Positions 29,473-40,233 of a stretch of DNA of 64,000 nt are shown here, in pieces. The position numbers were made by a program, and so were the translations under genes. The DNA is taken from contig CAVZAZ010000019.1 in NCBI GenBank assembly GCA_963773355.1, forward strand, positions 282 to 64,281, read 5' to 3'. Below the pieces are notes generated by a model, which was given only the letters and a program-made list of their open reading frames with translations, was not told where the DNA came from and did no database searches. Every line of letters begins with the position of its first letter. Positions within the stretch are counted from its first letter, which is position 1. Source of the DNA: an uncultured Actinomycetota bacterium. GTDB taxonomy: Bacteria > Actinomycetota > Actinomycetes > Propionibacteriales > Nocardioidaceae.

Positions 29473-30537
29473 CCCAGCCCGACCACGAGTTCCGAGTGGT
29501 GCTGCGCGGCTACGAGCCGAGCGAGGTCGACCGGGTGGTCGCGCGACCTGCAGGCGCGCGCCGCCGAGGCCGAGGCGTCCGCGCCGCACCCTCGAGGGCC
29601 GGGTGGCCGAGGTCGGCCAGCTCGAGCGCGAGCGCCCGCGCCGAGCCACCGTCGTTCGAGCACCTCGGCGAGCGCGTCGGCCAGATCCTGGCGCTCGCCG
29701 AGCAGGAGGCGCGCGAGCTGCGCGACCAGGCCAGCGCAGAGATCGAGGGCGATCCGCAAGCTCGCCGAGCAGGCCGCGACCGAGGTCCGGGACGCCGCCG
29801 ACCAGTACGCCGAACAGCGCCGCCGCGACGCCGACACCGAGGCGACCCGGTTGCTGGCCGACGCCAAGCGGGCCGCCGACGAGGAGCGCGACGCCGCCGA
29901 ACGCGACTCGGCCGCGCCGTGCGCCAGGAGGCCGAGGCCCTCTTCGAGCAGCAGCGGGCCGACGCGGCACAGGCCGCCGCCGACTTCGAGACGACCCTCG
30001 CGGAGCGACGCGAGCGCACGGCCGCCGAGTTCCGGCAGCAGCAGGCGGCCACTCAGGCGCAGCTCGACGACGATGGCGCAACAGGTCGAGGCGGCCCGCG
30101 CATCGCGGCGCCAGACAGGAGCAGGAGTCCGCGGAGGCGCACGCCCGCCGGATCGTGGTCGAGGCCGAGGAGCGCGCCGACTCGGTCGTCCGCGAGGCAC
30201 GGGCCGCCGCCGACCGGGTCCGCACCGACTCCGACCGCGAGCTCGCGGCGGCGACCCAGCGCCGCGACAGCATCAACGCCCAGCTGACCAACGTGCGGCA
30301 GATGCTGGCCACGCTCTCCGGTTCGGCGACCGGCTTCGTCGTCGACCCGATGCCGGACGACTGGAAGCGGTCGACATGGAAGCGGTCGACACTGACGCGG
30401 TCGACACCGATGCGGGCGACACCGCCGCGGGCGACGTGGAAGCGGAGGCTGAGCCGCTCCAGGACGACGTGGGCGTGGACGAGGACCTCGACGAGACTGA
30501 CGACGACGAGGCTTCCGAGGGAGAGCAGTCCAGGTAG
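29469..30537 (+). CDS. filP: FilP/AbpS-like coiled-coil cytoskeletal protein; multiple indels
   Basis: DivIVA-like N-terminus FRVVLRGYEPSEVD; LGERVGQILALAEQEA; ELAAATQRRDSINAQLTNVRQMLATLSG. Confidence 0.7.
30363..30445 (+). repeat. Degenerate 15-bp tandem repeat (~5.5 copies) encoding the acidic tail
   Basis: ggaagcggtcgacat / ggaagcggtcgacac / tgacgcggtcgacac / cgatgcgggcgacac / cgccgcgggcgacgt. Confidence 0.75.
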
Positions 30538-30622
30538 TCCTGACGCGGCCGTGGACCGGCGCGGACGGGACCCCCTGTCGAGCGGAGGAGTGAACTCCGC
30601 CAGACCGGGTAGGACGGCACGC

Positions 30623-31974
30623 GTGAGCGCGAGCGCCGGATATCCCGCGGACGGGTGAGGCGATCGGCCCCTTCCGCGTCGTCCGCCGGATCGGCGGCGG
30701 CGGCATGGGAGCCGTCTACGAGGCCGTCGACGAGACCCTGAGACCGGCACGTCGCGCTGAAGGTGATCTCGCCCCACCTGGCCGGAGACGCGACGACTTC
30801 CGCGACCGGTTCACGCGCGAGGCGCGGTCTCTGGCAGTCGCTCGACTCCCCGCACGTCGTCCATGTCTACGCCCACGGGGAGACGCGATGGCCGCCTCTA
30901 CATCGCCACCCAGCTGATCCCCGACGGCGACCTGGCGCAGCCTGATCGAGGAGCTACGGCGCCCCACCGCTCCGGGTCGGCGCTCGACCTGATCGGCCAG
31001 GTCGCCACGGGCCTGGCCGACGCCCACGCGGCCGGGCTGGTCCACCGGGACATCAAGCCCGCCAACGTGCTGCCTGCCGGCGTCGGGACGACGCGATGAC
31101 GGCCTACCTCGGCGACTTCGGCGATCGCCCGTCAGGTCGGCGCCGAGCACGCTCCCGCCAGATCGGCACGATCGGGACGCCGTCGCTGGATGGCTCCGGA
31201 GCTGCACACCGGCGGCACCGCCGGGAGTCGCCACCGACGTCTACTCGCTCGGGTGCCTGCTCTGGGCGACGCTCACCGGGCGGGCGCCGTACGCCGGCAC
31301 GACGGAGGACCAGATCGTCGCGGCCCACCTCGAGCAGCCGGTCCCGCAACTGCTCGGGAACGGCCGCTCGTGACGCGAGGTCAACCGGATCCTGCGCACG
31401 GCCATGGCCAAGGACCCCGCGCGAGCGCTACGCCTCCGCTGCCCAGCTCCGCGACGACCTGCGGCGCGCGACATCGCTCCCCGACGACGGTTCACCCGGT
31501 GCCGTCGGGGGTGCTCCTTCGAGCAGGACCCGGAAGCGGCTGGGCCTGATCGCGGCCGGCGTCGCCGTCCTGATCGCGCTGACGGTGGGCTCGATCGCGT
31601 ACGCCGCGTCGACTGACGACGACGAACCATCAGGCAACAACCCGACACCCAGCACGTCACAGAGCCCTTCTCCGACCACGACGGCCCCGACCTCCCCGAC
31701 GACCGGTTCCTCGCCGACGGGAGCGCCCGAGGGGGACGAGGCGATCGCGATCGCCAGCTTCGCCACCGCCCTGGAGGATGCGGGCGTCGTGACCCGCGAG
31801 CAGTCGCAGTGTGTCGCCCAGGACGTCGTCCAGTCCGTGGGCCTGGACCAGATGGTCGAGGATGGCTTCTTCGACGAGAACCTCGACTTCGTCGACCAGG
31901 ACCTCGGGCCGTATCCCGAGATCAAGTCCGCCCTCGAAACCGCCACCCTCGGCTGCGTCGCCACTCAGCCGTAG
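30623..31974 (+). CDS. Membrane Hanks-type Ser/Thr protein kinase; multiple indels
   Basis: IGGGGMGAVY, VALKVI, VHRDIKPANVL, YLGDFG, MAPE, DVYSLG across frames; TM segment, S/T/P linker and a Cys-containing external domain. Confidence 0.8.
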
Positions 31975-33440
31975 CGCTGGGCCCGCTCGTCGGGCGTGCC
32001 GGGGCCGCTGGCGAGCAACGAGGCCAGCTCGTACTCCAGCACCGCCCCGACCCGCTGGCAGAACGCCTCCGGCTCCTCAGCAGCATCGGGGTGCTCGGCC
32101 ACGATCCGGTCCACGATCCCGCGGGCGTGCAGGTCGACTGCCCGCACGTGTTGCGCCCGCGCCATCTCGGGGGCGTGGTCGAGGTCGCGGTGCATGATCG
32201 CGCTCGCCCCCTCCGGCGGCAGCGGTGACAGCCAGGCGTGCTGGGCTGCGACCACCCGGTCGGCGGGGAGCAACGCCAGCGCGCCGCCGCCGTTGCCCTC
32301 GCCCAGCATCAGGCAGAGCGTCGGCGCGTCCAGCGTGACGAGGTCGGAGAGGCAGCGCGCGATCTCGCCGGCCAGTCCGCCGTTCTCGGCGTCGGGTGAG
32401 AGGGCCGCACCCTGCGTGTCGATGACCGTGACCAGCGGCAGACCGAGCTCGGAGGCAAGGTGCATCCCGCGTCGGGCCTCCCGCAGTGCCTCCGGGCCCA
32501 ACGGGTGGTCGGGCGTCTGGCCGCGCCGGTCCTGCCCGAGGAAGACGCACGGTGCCTGGCCGAACCGCGCCAGCGCGATGAGCAGGCCCGGGTCCGACTC
32601 GCCCGACCCGGTGCCGTTGAGCGGGACGACGTCGGTCGCGGCGTACCGGAGCAGGCGGCGTACACCGGGACGATCCGGGCGGCGGGAACGAGTGACCACC
32701 TCCCACGCCTCGACGTCCGGGATGGACTCGTCGCCCGGCGCCGAAACCGGCGCGATCCCCTCGCGCGGCGCCAGCAGGACCCTCAGTGCGCGGTCGAGCA
32801 CCTCGGCGATCTCGTCCGGGCGGAGGACTGCGTCGATGATGCCGTGCGCGTAGAGGTTCTCCGCCGTCTGCACCCCCTCGGGAAAGGGCCGGCTGTAGAG
32901 CGCCTCGAAGACCCGCGGACCCAGGAAGCCGACCAACGCTCCCGGCTCCGCGACCGTGACATGACCGAGGGAGCCCCAGGAGGCCATGACTCCGCCGGTG
33001 GTCGGGTTGCGGAGGTACACGAGGTAGGGGAGGGCGGCGGCCTTGTGCGCGGCCACCGCGTTGCTGATCCGGATCATCTGCACGAAAGCCGGGGTGCCCT
33101 CCTGCATCCGGGTACCGCCGCTGATCGGCCCGGCGAGCAGGGGGAGTCCCTCGGCGGTCGCCCGCTCGATCGCGGCGACGAGCCGGTCCGCGGCCGCCCT
33201 GCCGATGGAGCCTGCGAGGAACCCGAACTCACCCATCAGCACCGCCACCCGGCGGCCGCGCATCGAACCCTCGCCGGTCAGCACCGACTCGTCGACCCCA
33301 CTCTTCTCCGCCGCGGCCGCGAGCTCGGCGGCATACGCCTCCGAGATGTCCCCGCGCTCCGGTGCGGAGTCCCACGACGTCCACGACCCGTCATCGAGCA
33401 CCAGGTCCAGGAGCTCGTGGGCGGTGAGGCGCTCGGTCAC
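31965..33440 (-). CDS. Fused acyl-CoA carboxylase carboxyltransferase beta/alpha (AccD3-like)
   Basis: FGFLAGSIG, SGGTRMQEG, PTTGGVMASW, IDTQGA, LSPLPPEGASAI. Confidence 0.85.
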   Translation of the reverse strand: MTERLTAHELLDLVLDDGSWTSWDSAPERGDISEAYAAELAAAAEKSGVDESVLTGEGSMRGRRVAVLMGEFGFLAGSIGRAAADRLVAAIERATAEGLPLLAGPISGGTRMQEGTPAFVQMIRISNAVAAHKAAALPYLVYLRNPTTGGVMASWGSLGHVTVAEPGALVGFLGPRVFEALYSRPFPEGVQTAENLYAHGIIDAVLRPDEIAEVLDRALRVLLAPREGIAPVSAPGDESIPDVEAWEVVTRSRRPDRPGVRRLLRYAATDVVPLNGTGSGESDPGLLIALARFGQAPCVFLGQDRRGQTPDHPLGPEALREARRGMHLASELGLPLVTVIDTQGAALSPDAENGGLAGEIARCLSDLVTLDAPTLCLMLGEGNGGGALALLPADRVVAAQHAWLSPLPPEGASAIMHRDLDHAPEMARAQHVRAVDLHARGIVDRIVAEHPDAAEEPEAFCQRVGAVLEYELASLLASGPGTPDERAQRYG

Positions 33441-33689
33441 TCCTGCAGGGTAGGCGCTGGGCTGCACACCTGGGTTGGCTCGGCGAGGAAGCCCGCGTGC
33501 AGGGTGTGCGGCGGGCCGCACGGACGCAGGCGCGGGTCGCTAAAAGGGCTTGGCCGCGGCGCCCGCAGCGGCGCGTCACCACCATGGCCTCGCCGTCCGG
33601 GCGATGCGCCGCCCCTGCCGGCCCGGGACGCCCGACGCCCGGTCAGCAAGCGACCGCGGCGAGTCGGTTCAAGGTGGGTTGGAACCGCG

Positions 33690-34711
33690 CTAGGTCACCG
33701 ACCGGCCGTGCCAGGCGCGGAGCACGGCGGCCTCGGTCTCGCGATCCATGCCGGTCACCTCTGCTCCGGGGTTGTCGCGCAGCCAGGCCAGGGTGTCGCG
33801 GGCGGTGTCACCGATCGGACGGGTCGTCAGCCCGGCGTCGTACGACGCGCGCACGTCGTGCGCCATCAGCCCGGCGTACTCCGGCAGCGGCAGCCACAGC
33901 GGCGCCGACCGCGGCCCCATCCACGGCTCGATCTTCTGCTCGGTGAGGAACTCCTGGTCGACCCAGGTGAAGGTGGTCTCGGCGGGCTCGACCGGCGACG
34001 ACAGCCCGTCGACCATCTGCGACAGCGACGTCGGCGCGGGTCATCCCGTGGCTGGTGCCGTCGAACACCCCGGTGGTCCGGGACTCGGCGGCGTCGACGA
34101 TCCACGCCGCGAGGTCGCGTACGTCGATCACCTGCACGGCGTCGTCCGGCGACCCCGGGGCGAGCACCTCGCCGCCGTCGGCCAACCGGGCCGGCCAGTA
34201 GCTGAACCGCCCGGTGGGGTCGCCGGGCCCGACGATCAGGCCAGGCCTGATGACCATCGAGGAGCGCGGCGCCCTCGCGCACGGCCTGCTCGCAGGAGAC
34301 CTTCATCGCGCCGTAGGTCTCGGGCGCGGACATCGGGTCCTCGTCGGTGTGGATCGGCTCGTGCAGCGGGAGCGAGTCGGGTGTGCCGCCCGGGACGGTG
34401 TCGTCGGAGTAGACGTTGATCGTGGACACGAAGATCCAGTGCGCGTCCGGCAAGGCGGACACCGCCGACCTCACCCACGACGGGTGCCTGGCCACGTCGA
34501 CCACGGCATCGAACGGGGGCATCGATCGACCCGACGAGAGGGCCTCGCCGACGTCGTCCGCAGCCCGGTCGAGGACGACGTGCCTGGCCCCCTCGGGGAC
34601 GGTCCCGGACTCCCCTCGGCAGGCGCAGGTGACGTCGTGTCCGCGCCGGACCGCCTCCTCCGCCACCGCACGCGAGAGGAAGACGGTTCCGCCGAGTACC
34701 AGAAGTCTCAT
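33690..34711 (-). CDS. NAD-dependent epimerase/dehydratase (atypical SDR); indels
   Basis: LVLGGTVFLSR, YGAMK, RPGLIVGPGDPTGRFSYW, QVIDVRDLA. Confidence 0.8.
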
Positions 34712-34780
34712 GGGTTCACTCAAGCCCGAGGGCTGCGGTCGCGACAAGCACGACCCGCCGGGATCTGCTCTGGGCAGAAG

Positions 34781-36268
34781 TCACAGGTCCGGCGGTGAGT
34801 CCTCACCGAGCAGCCAGGCATCGAAGACGGGCGCGAGATCCTCGCCGGCTTCCTCCGACCACCACTGCGTGATCTCGTCGTACGAACGCGTGGCCGTTGT
34901 CGTTGGCCTGGGGCCAGGCCCGCACCAGCCGCCAGAACGTCTCGTCGCCGACCCGGTCCCGGATCTCGTCCCACATGAGCGCGGGCAGGTAGTAGATGTT
35001 GCGGGCGGCGAACATCGCGGGGTCGAAGTCCGCCGGAGGCCCACCGTCGTCGCGCAGGTCCTGGTCCTGGTCGGCCCACTCGTCCAGCGTCGTCTCGAGG
35101 TCGACGCCGAGCTCCTCCGACTCCCAGAGCGCCTGGAGGTACATCGTCATGCCCTCGTTCATCCAGACGTCGCGCCAGTCCATGGGCGTGACCTGGTTGC
35201 CGTACCACTGGTGCACCATCTCGTGCACGATCACCGCCGGGGACAGGGCGAACTCGGTTGTTGCCCAGGGTGATCATCGTCTGGGTCTCCATGCCGCTCA
35301 TGCCGTCCACGACCAGGATCCCGAGCGAGGAGAACGGGTACTCGCCGAGCCGGTCCTCGATCCAGTCGAGCTCGTCGCGGGCCACCCGCGCGGCCCGGAG
35401 AGCGAAGCGATCGCCGCGGCGGGGTCCAGTAGGTCATCGGGACCCCGCTGTCCGAGGTGTCCTTCGTCATCTCGAGGTCGCCGACGCGACGGTCGCGAGG
35501 TACGACGCGGCGGGCTCGTCGAGGTGCCAGGTCGTGACCGTGTTGCCGTCGACCTCCTCGCGCGACTCGAGCTTGCCCGTTCGCCACTCCGACCCACGGC
35601 GCCGGCGTGCTGATGGTGAAGTCGTAGAGCGCCTTGTCGGACGGGTGGTCGTTGACGGCGTACCAGGAGTAGGCGCCGTACGGCTCCTGCATGGTCCACG
35701 TCTCACCCTTCGTCGGTGACCGTCCACCCGATGGTGGTGAAGTCGTTGCGAAGGGTGGGTGCCGGAACCGGTTCCGGCGTGCCCGAGTAGTGGATCTCGA
35801 GCGTGTACCGGTCGTCGGCCCGGACGGGGGCGTCGACGACGAGGTCCTTGCCGTCCTCCTCGGAATCCCACCGACTCCCCGTCGAGGGTCGAGCTCGGAG
35901 ACCGCCAGCGGCTCGCCGAAGTCGAGCTGGAAGCTGTCCGCGTCCTCAGTGGCCCGGAAGGTCAGGGTCTCGACCGCGTCCAGGGTCTGCGCTCTCCGGG
36001 GTCCAGGCGAGGTCGAGCTGGTAGTGCAGCGCGTCCACGCCCGGGTCGCCGACGTCGGGATAGACCCGAGTCCTCGACCGGCTCGTTGACAGCGACGTCC
36101 AGGGCCGGGTCGGTCGGGGTCGAGCTCGCGCGTCGCCGACTCCGGCGTCGCCGCACCCTCGGGGGCGCCGGGCTCGTCGTCGGCCGCGCCCCCGGAGGAG
36201 CAGGCTCCCGCGAGGACGGCCACGACGGTCAACCAGGCGAGCGGCTGCCTGCTGCGAGTGGACGACAC
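34781..36268 (-). CDS. M1-family aminopeptidase, lipoprotein; multiple indels
   Basis: Lipobox LAGAC; NDHPSDKA, GMETQT, HEMVHQWYGN...WMNEG. Confidence 0.8.
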
Positions 36269-36364
36269 GAGGTGAAGGCTATTCGTCCCCGCACAACGGC
36301 TGTCCGCGCCGGCGCCCGACCGCCCCGAGTTGCGTGTCCTGCACGCGGGCGGTTGGCTGGCGCC

Positions 36365-38029
36365 ATGACCTCCGACCTCCTCGCCAAGCACCGTGACCGC
36401 CTCGACTCCGCCGTGGCGGCCAGTGCGTCGCGCGAGTACTTCTCAGCGTTCGACGAGTCGCCCTCCCCGCGCGTCTACGGCGAGTCCGCGGCGCCCGAGG
36501 GCAAGGCGGCGTACGAGGCCTGGCTGAACGGGGCCTTCCCGCTCGAGACGCCCGGCAGTGAAGGGACCGTGGCGACCGAGCGTTCGCCGTACGGCTTCGA
36601 CCTGGGCGTCGCCTATCCCCGCGTGAGCGACGTCGACGCGCTCCTGGCTGCGGCCGGGAGCGGGATGAAGGCCTGGCGCGACGCCGGGCCCGAGGGACGC
36701 ACCGGCGTCTGCCTGGAGATCCTGGATCGGCTGCACGGGCGGGTCTTCGAGCTGGCCAACGCCGTGCAGCACACCAGCGGGCAGGCATTCGTGATGGCCT
36801 TCCAGGCCGGGGGAGCGCACGCGCTCGACCGGGCGCTCGAGGCGATCGCCTACGCGTGGACCGAGATGACTCGCACGCCCGCGTCGGCGGTGTGGGAGAA
36901 GCCGGGCCGCGGTGAGCCGCTGCGGATGGAGAAGACGTTCACCGTCGTGCCCCGGGGGATCGCTCTGGTGATCGGCTGCAACACCTTCCCCACCTGGAAC
37001 TCCTGGCCCGGCCTCTTCGCCTCGCTGGTGACCGGCAACCCGGTCGTGGTGAAGCCTCACCCGGCCGCCGTCCTGCCGCTCGCGATCACCGTGCAGGCCT
37101 GTCGGGAGGTGCTCGCCGAGGCGGGCTTCGACCCGAACCTCGTCACCCTCGCGGCCGAGGACCCGTCCGACCGGCTGGCCGCGACGCTTGCGGTCCGACC
37201 CGAGGTGAAGCTCGTCGACTACACCGGCGGCAACGCCTTCGGCGACTGGCTGGAGGAGAACGCCCGACAGGCGGTGGTGTTCACCGAGAAGGCCGGGGTG
37301 AACACGGTCGTGGTCGACTCGACCGACGACTTCAAGGCGATGTGCCAGAACCTCGCGTTCTCGTTCGCGCTCTACACCGGCCAGATGTGCACCGCTCCCC
37401 AGAACGTCTACCTCCCCTCAGGCGGGATCAGCACCGACCAGGGGCAGAAGTCACCGAACGAGGTGGGGGAGGGGATCGGCGCAGCGCTCGGCAAGCTCCT
37501 CGGGGACGACGCCCGCGCGGTCGAGCTGCTGGGTGGTGTCGTCAACCAAGGGGTGCTCGAGCGGCTTCGCGACGCTGGGGACCACGGTGATGTCATCGTC
37601 GCCAGCCGCAAGGTGCAGCACCCTTCGTACGACGAGGCGACGGTCCGCACCCCGACCCTGATCTCGCTCAGCGCAGCGGACGCGAAGGTCTACGAGGAGG
37701 AGTGTTTCGGCCCGGTCGCCTACCTGATCTCGACCTCCGGCACCGATCAGTCGATCGACCTGTTCCGCGACACCGTCAAGCGCCACGGCGCGATGACGGC
37801 CGCGGTCTACTCCACGTCCGGCACGGTCATCGACGACATGCGCGAGGCCGCACTGGACGCGGGAGTGGCGCTCTCGGAGAACCTGCTCGGAGGGGTGTTC
37901 GTGAACCAGTCCGCCGCCTACTCCGACTTCCACGGCACCGGGGCGAATCCCGCGGCCAACGCCTCGTTCACCGACGGGGCGTACGTCGCCTCCCGCTTCC
38001 GCGTGGTGCAGTCCCGCCGTCACCTCTGA
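36365..38029 (+). CDS. paaN: Phenylacetic acid degradation protein PaaN (aldehyde dehydrogenase family)
   Basis: SPYG, GQAFVMAFQAGG, IGCNTFPTWNS, TEKAGVN, GQMCTAPQN, SDFHGTGANPAAN. Confidence 0.85.
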   Translation: MTSDLLAKHRDRLDSAVAASASREYFSAFDESPSPRVYGESAAPEGKAAYEAWLNGAFPLETPGSEGTVATERSPYGFDLGVAYPRVSDVDALLAAAGSGMKAWRDAGPEGRTGVCLEILDRLHGRVFELANAVQHTSGQAFVMAFQAGGAHALDRALEAIAYAWTEMTRTPASAVWEKPGRGEPLRMEKTFTVVPRGIALVIGCNTFPTWNSWPGLFASLVTGNPVVVKPHPAAVLPLAITVQACREVLAEAGFDPNLVTLAAEDPSDRLAATLAVRPEVKLVDYTGGNAFGDWLEENARQAVVFTEKAGVNTVVVDSTDDFKAMCQNLAFSFALYTGQMCTAPQNVYLPSGGISTDQGQKSPNEVGEGIGAALGKLLGDDARAVELLGGVVNQGVLERLRDAGDHGDVIVASRKVQHPSYDEATVRTPTLISLSAADAKVYEEECFGPVAYLISTSGTDQSIDLFRDTVKRHGAMTAAVYSTSGTVIDDMREAALDAGVALSENLLGGVFVNQSAAYSDFHGTGANPAANASFTDGAYVASRFRVVQSRRHL

Positions 38030-38187
38030 TCGGACGCCCCGCTAGAGGCACTCCGCAAGAAGGGTCGAGCGGTGGGAATGCGCGCCCACCGATGATTCTC
38101 GGAAATCGAACGAGTCTGAATGTCGTATTGGCATTCACCCGTTCGTGGAGAAGGTATCCGAACCTTCGACACCGAGGAGAACTTCTG

Positions 38188-39655
38188 ATGGACGCGCACC
38201 GCAGCCGCTGGCTGGCTCTCTACGTACTCTGCCTGGGCGATCTGTTGATCGTGCTCGACATGAGCATCGTCAATGTCGCGCTGCCCTCGATCCAGGCCGA
38301 CCTGGGGTTCTCGCAGACGGCCCTGGCCTGGGTGGTGAACGCCTACCTGCTCACCTTCGGCGGCTTCCTCCTGCTCTCCGGGCGGCTGGGTGACCTGCTC
38401 GGCAACAAGCGGGTCTTCCAGGCGGGCGTCGTGTCGTTCACGGCCGCCTCGATCGCCTGTGGGCTCGCCCCCTCGGCGGGCTTCCTCGTCGCGGGTCGCG
38501 CGATCCAGGGCCTCGGTGGCGCCGCGGTCTCCGCGGTGGCGCTGGCCCTGATCATGGGCCTGTTCACCGACCCGGGCGAGCGCGCGAAGGCGATGGGTGT
38601 CTTCGGCTTCGTGATGTCCGGTGGCGGTGCCGTCGGCGCCCTGATGGGCGGCGTACTCACCGGGCTCCTGAACTGGCACTGGATCTTCCTGGTCAACGTC
38701 CCCATCGGCATCACCGTCTGGGTGCTCGCCAAGCGAGTGCTGCCCGCGGACGAGGTCGTGCCGAGCAAGAGCCGTCTCGACGTGCCCGGAGCGGCGCTGG
38801 TGACACTGAGCATGATGTTCGCCGTCTACGGCGTCGTCGGCGGCAACGAGGCCGGCTGGACCTCCGCGCGGACGCTCGGCCTGCTGGCCACCGCCGCCAC
38901 GCTGCTTGCCGTGTTCGTCGTCTGGGAGTCCAGGGCTGCGGCTCCGCTGGTCCCGCTGCGCCTGTTCACCCTGCGCAACGTCTCCGTCTCGCAGGTCGTG
39001 GGCGTGCTGTGGGCGGGCGCGATGTTCGCCTGGTTCTTCCTGGCGACGCTGTACATGCAGCAGGTGCTGGGGTACGACGCGCTGGACATCGGCCTGGCCT
39101 TCCTGCCGACCAGCCTCGTGATGGCCTACTGCTCGCTGCGGGTCTCCGACCGCCTGGTCATGAAGTTCGGCATCCGGCCGCCCCTCGTGGTCGGCCTGGG
39201 GCTCGCCGGGCGTCAGCCTGCTGCTCTTCTCCCGCGCGCCCGTCGGTGGCAGCTTCGTGATCGACGTGCTGCCGGCCCTGATCCTGATGGGCGTCGGCGC
39301 GGGCATCGCCTTCAACCCGGTGCTGCTGGCGGCGATGGGTGACGTGGAGCCGCACGAGGCCGGTCTGGCGTCCGGTGTCGTCAACACCAGCTTCATGATG
39401 GGCGGTGCGCTCGGCCTGGCCGTGTTCGTCAGCCTGTCGACGTCGCGGACCGAGTCGCTGCTGGCCGACGGGGTGGCTCCGCTCGAGGCTCTGAACGGTG
39501 GCTTCCAGATCTCCTTCGCTGCAGCCGCGGCGGCTGCCGTCGCCGCCGCCGTGATCGGCGGGGTGTTCCTGCGGCCCAAGCCCATGCAGATGCCGGACAT
39601 GGAGCCCGTCGACGAGACGGGCGACGAGACGGACGCGGAGCCGGTTGCGGCCTGA
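38188..39655 (+). CDS. DHA2 (EmrB/QacA) MFS efflux transporter (frameshift ~39207)
   Basis: LDMSIVNVALP, WVVNAYLL, GRLGDLLG, WIFLVNVPIG. Confidence 0.85.
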
Positions 39656-39674
39656 CCCTCTGCCTCAGTCCCTC

Positions 39675-39730
39675 ACCGGGTCGTGTGCCCGAGAGCGAGC
39701 CACAAGCCGTTCTCAGGCACACGACCCGGT
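39675..39730. terminator. Long hairpin between convergent genes
   Basis: accgggtcgtgtgcccgagagcg ... cgttctcaggcacacgacccggt. Confidence 0.65.
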
Positions 39731-39756
39731 CGTGTCCCCGGTCATGTCCCGTGCCA

Positions 39757-40161
39757 TCAGGCGGTCAGCAGGCCTACTCCCAGACTCACCAGGCTGACCG
39801 CCAGCAGAGCGGCGCCCGCAAACACCAGCACGATGAGCCGGTTCGGCTCGGTTCGCCCGGCCCCCATCGAGGAGAAGAAGAAGCCGCCCGGCATCAGCAG
39901 CGCCGCCACCGCGACCCCGGCGCGCGACAGCCAGCCCACGAAGCCGGTCTGGGTCGTGGCATCGGCGAACACCTGGCACAGCAGCGCCAGGAGCAGCAGC
40001 ACCCCCGCGTGGGCGTGCCCGGCGCGGGCGAACTTCTCCTGGAACGGCGTGACCCCGGCCCGACCACGCACGATCTTGAGCAGGTACAGGCCACCCGACT
40101 CCACGGTGACCAGTGCCAGCAGGAGGATCCCGGCCAGGATCCGGCCCTCATCGGACAACAT
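39757..40161 (-). CDS. Small 4-TM hypothetical membrane protein
   Basis: Hydrophobic helices; FARAGHAHAGVLL motif; SD AAGGAG. Confidence 0.7.
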   Translation of the reverse strand: MLSDEGRILAGILLLALVTVESGGLYLLKIVRGRAGVTPFQEKFARAGHAHAGVLLLLALLCQVFADATTQTGFVGWLSRAGVAVAALLMPGGFFFSSMGAGRTEPNRLIVLVFAGAALLAVSLVSLGVGLLTA

Positions 40162-40173
40162 GTGCACTCCTTG

Positions 40174-40217
40174 TTGGATACTCGACTCTCCAATATTGGA
40201 TATCTAACTATCCAATA
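40174..40217. promoter_or_regulatory. Tandem palindromic operators TTGGATA-N6-T(A/C)TCCAA
   Basis: ttggatactcgactctccaa and ttggatatctaactatccaa between the divergent merR-like gene and the membrane gene. Confidence 0.7.
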
Positions 40218-40233
40218 TGTCAAGATGATTCCC

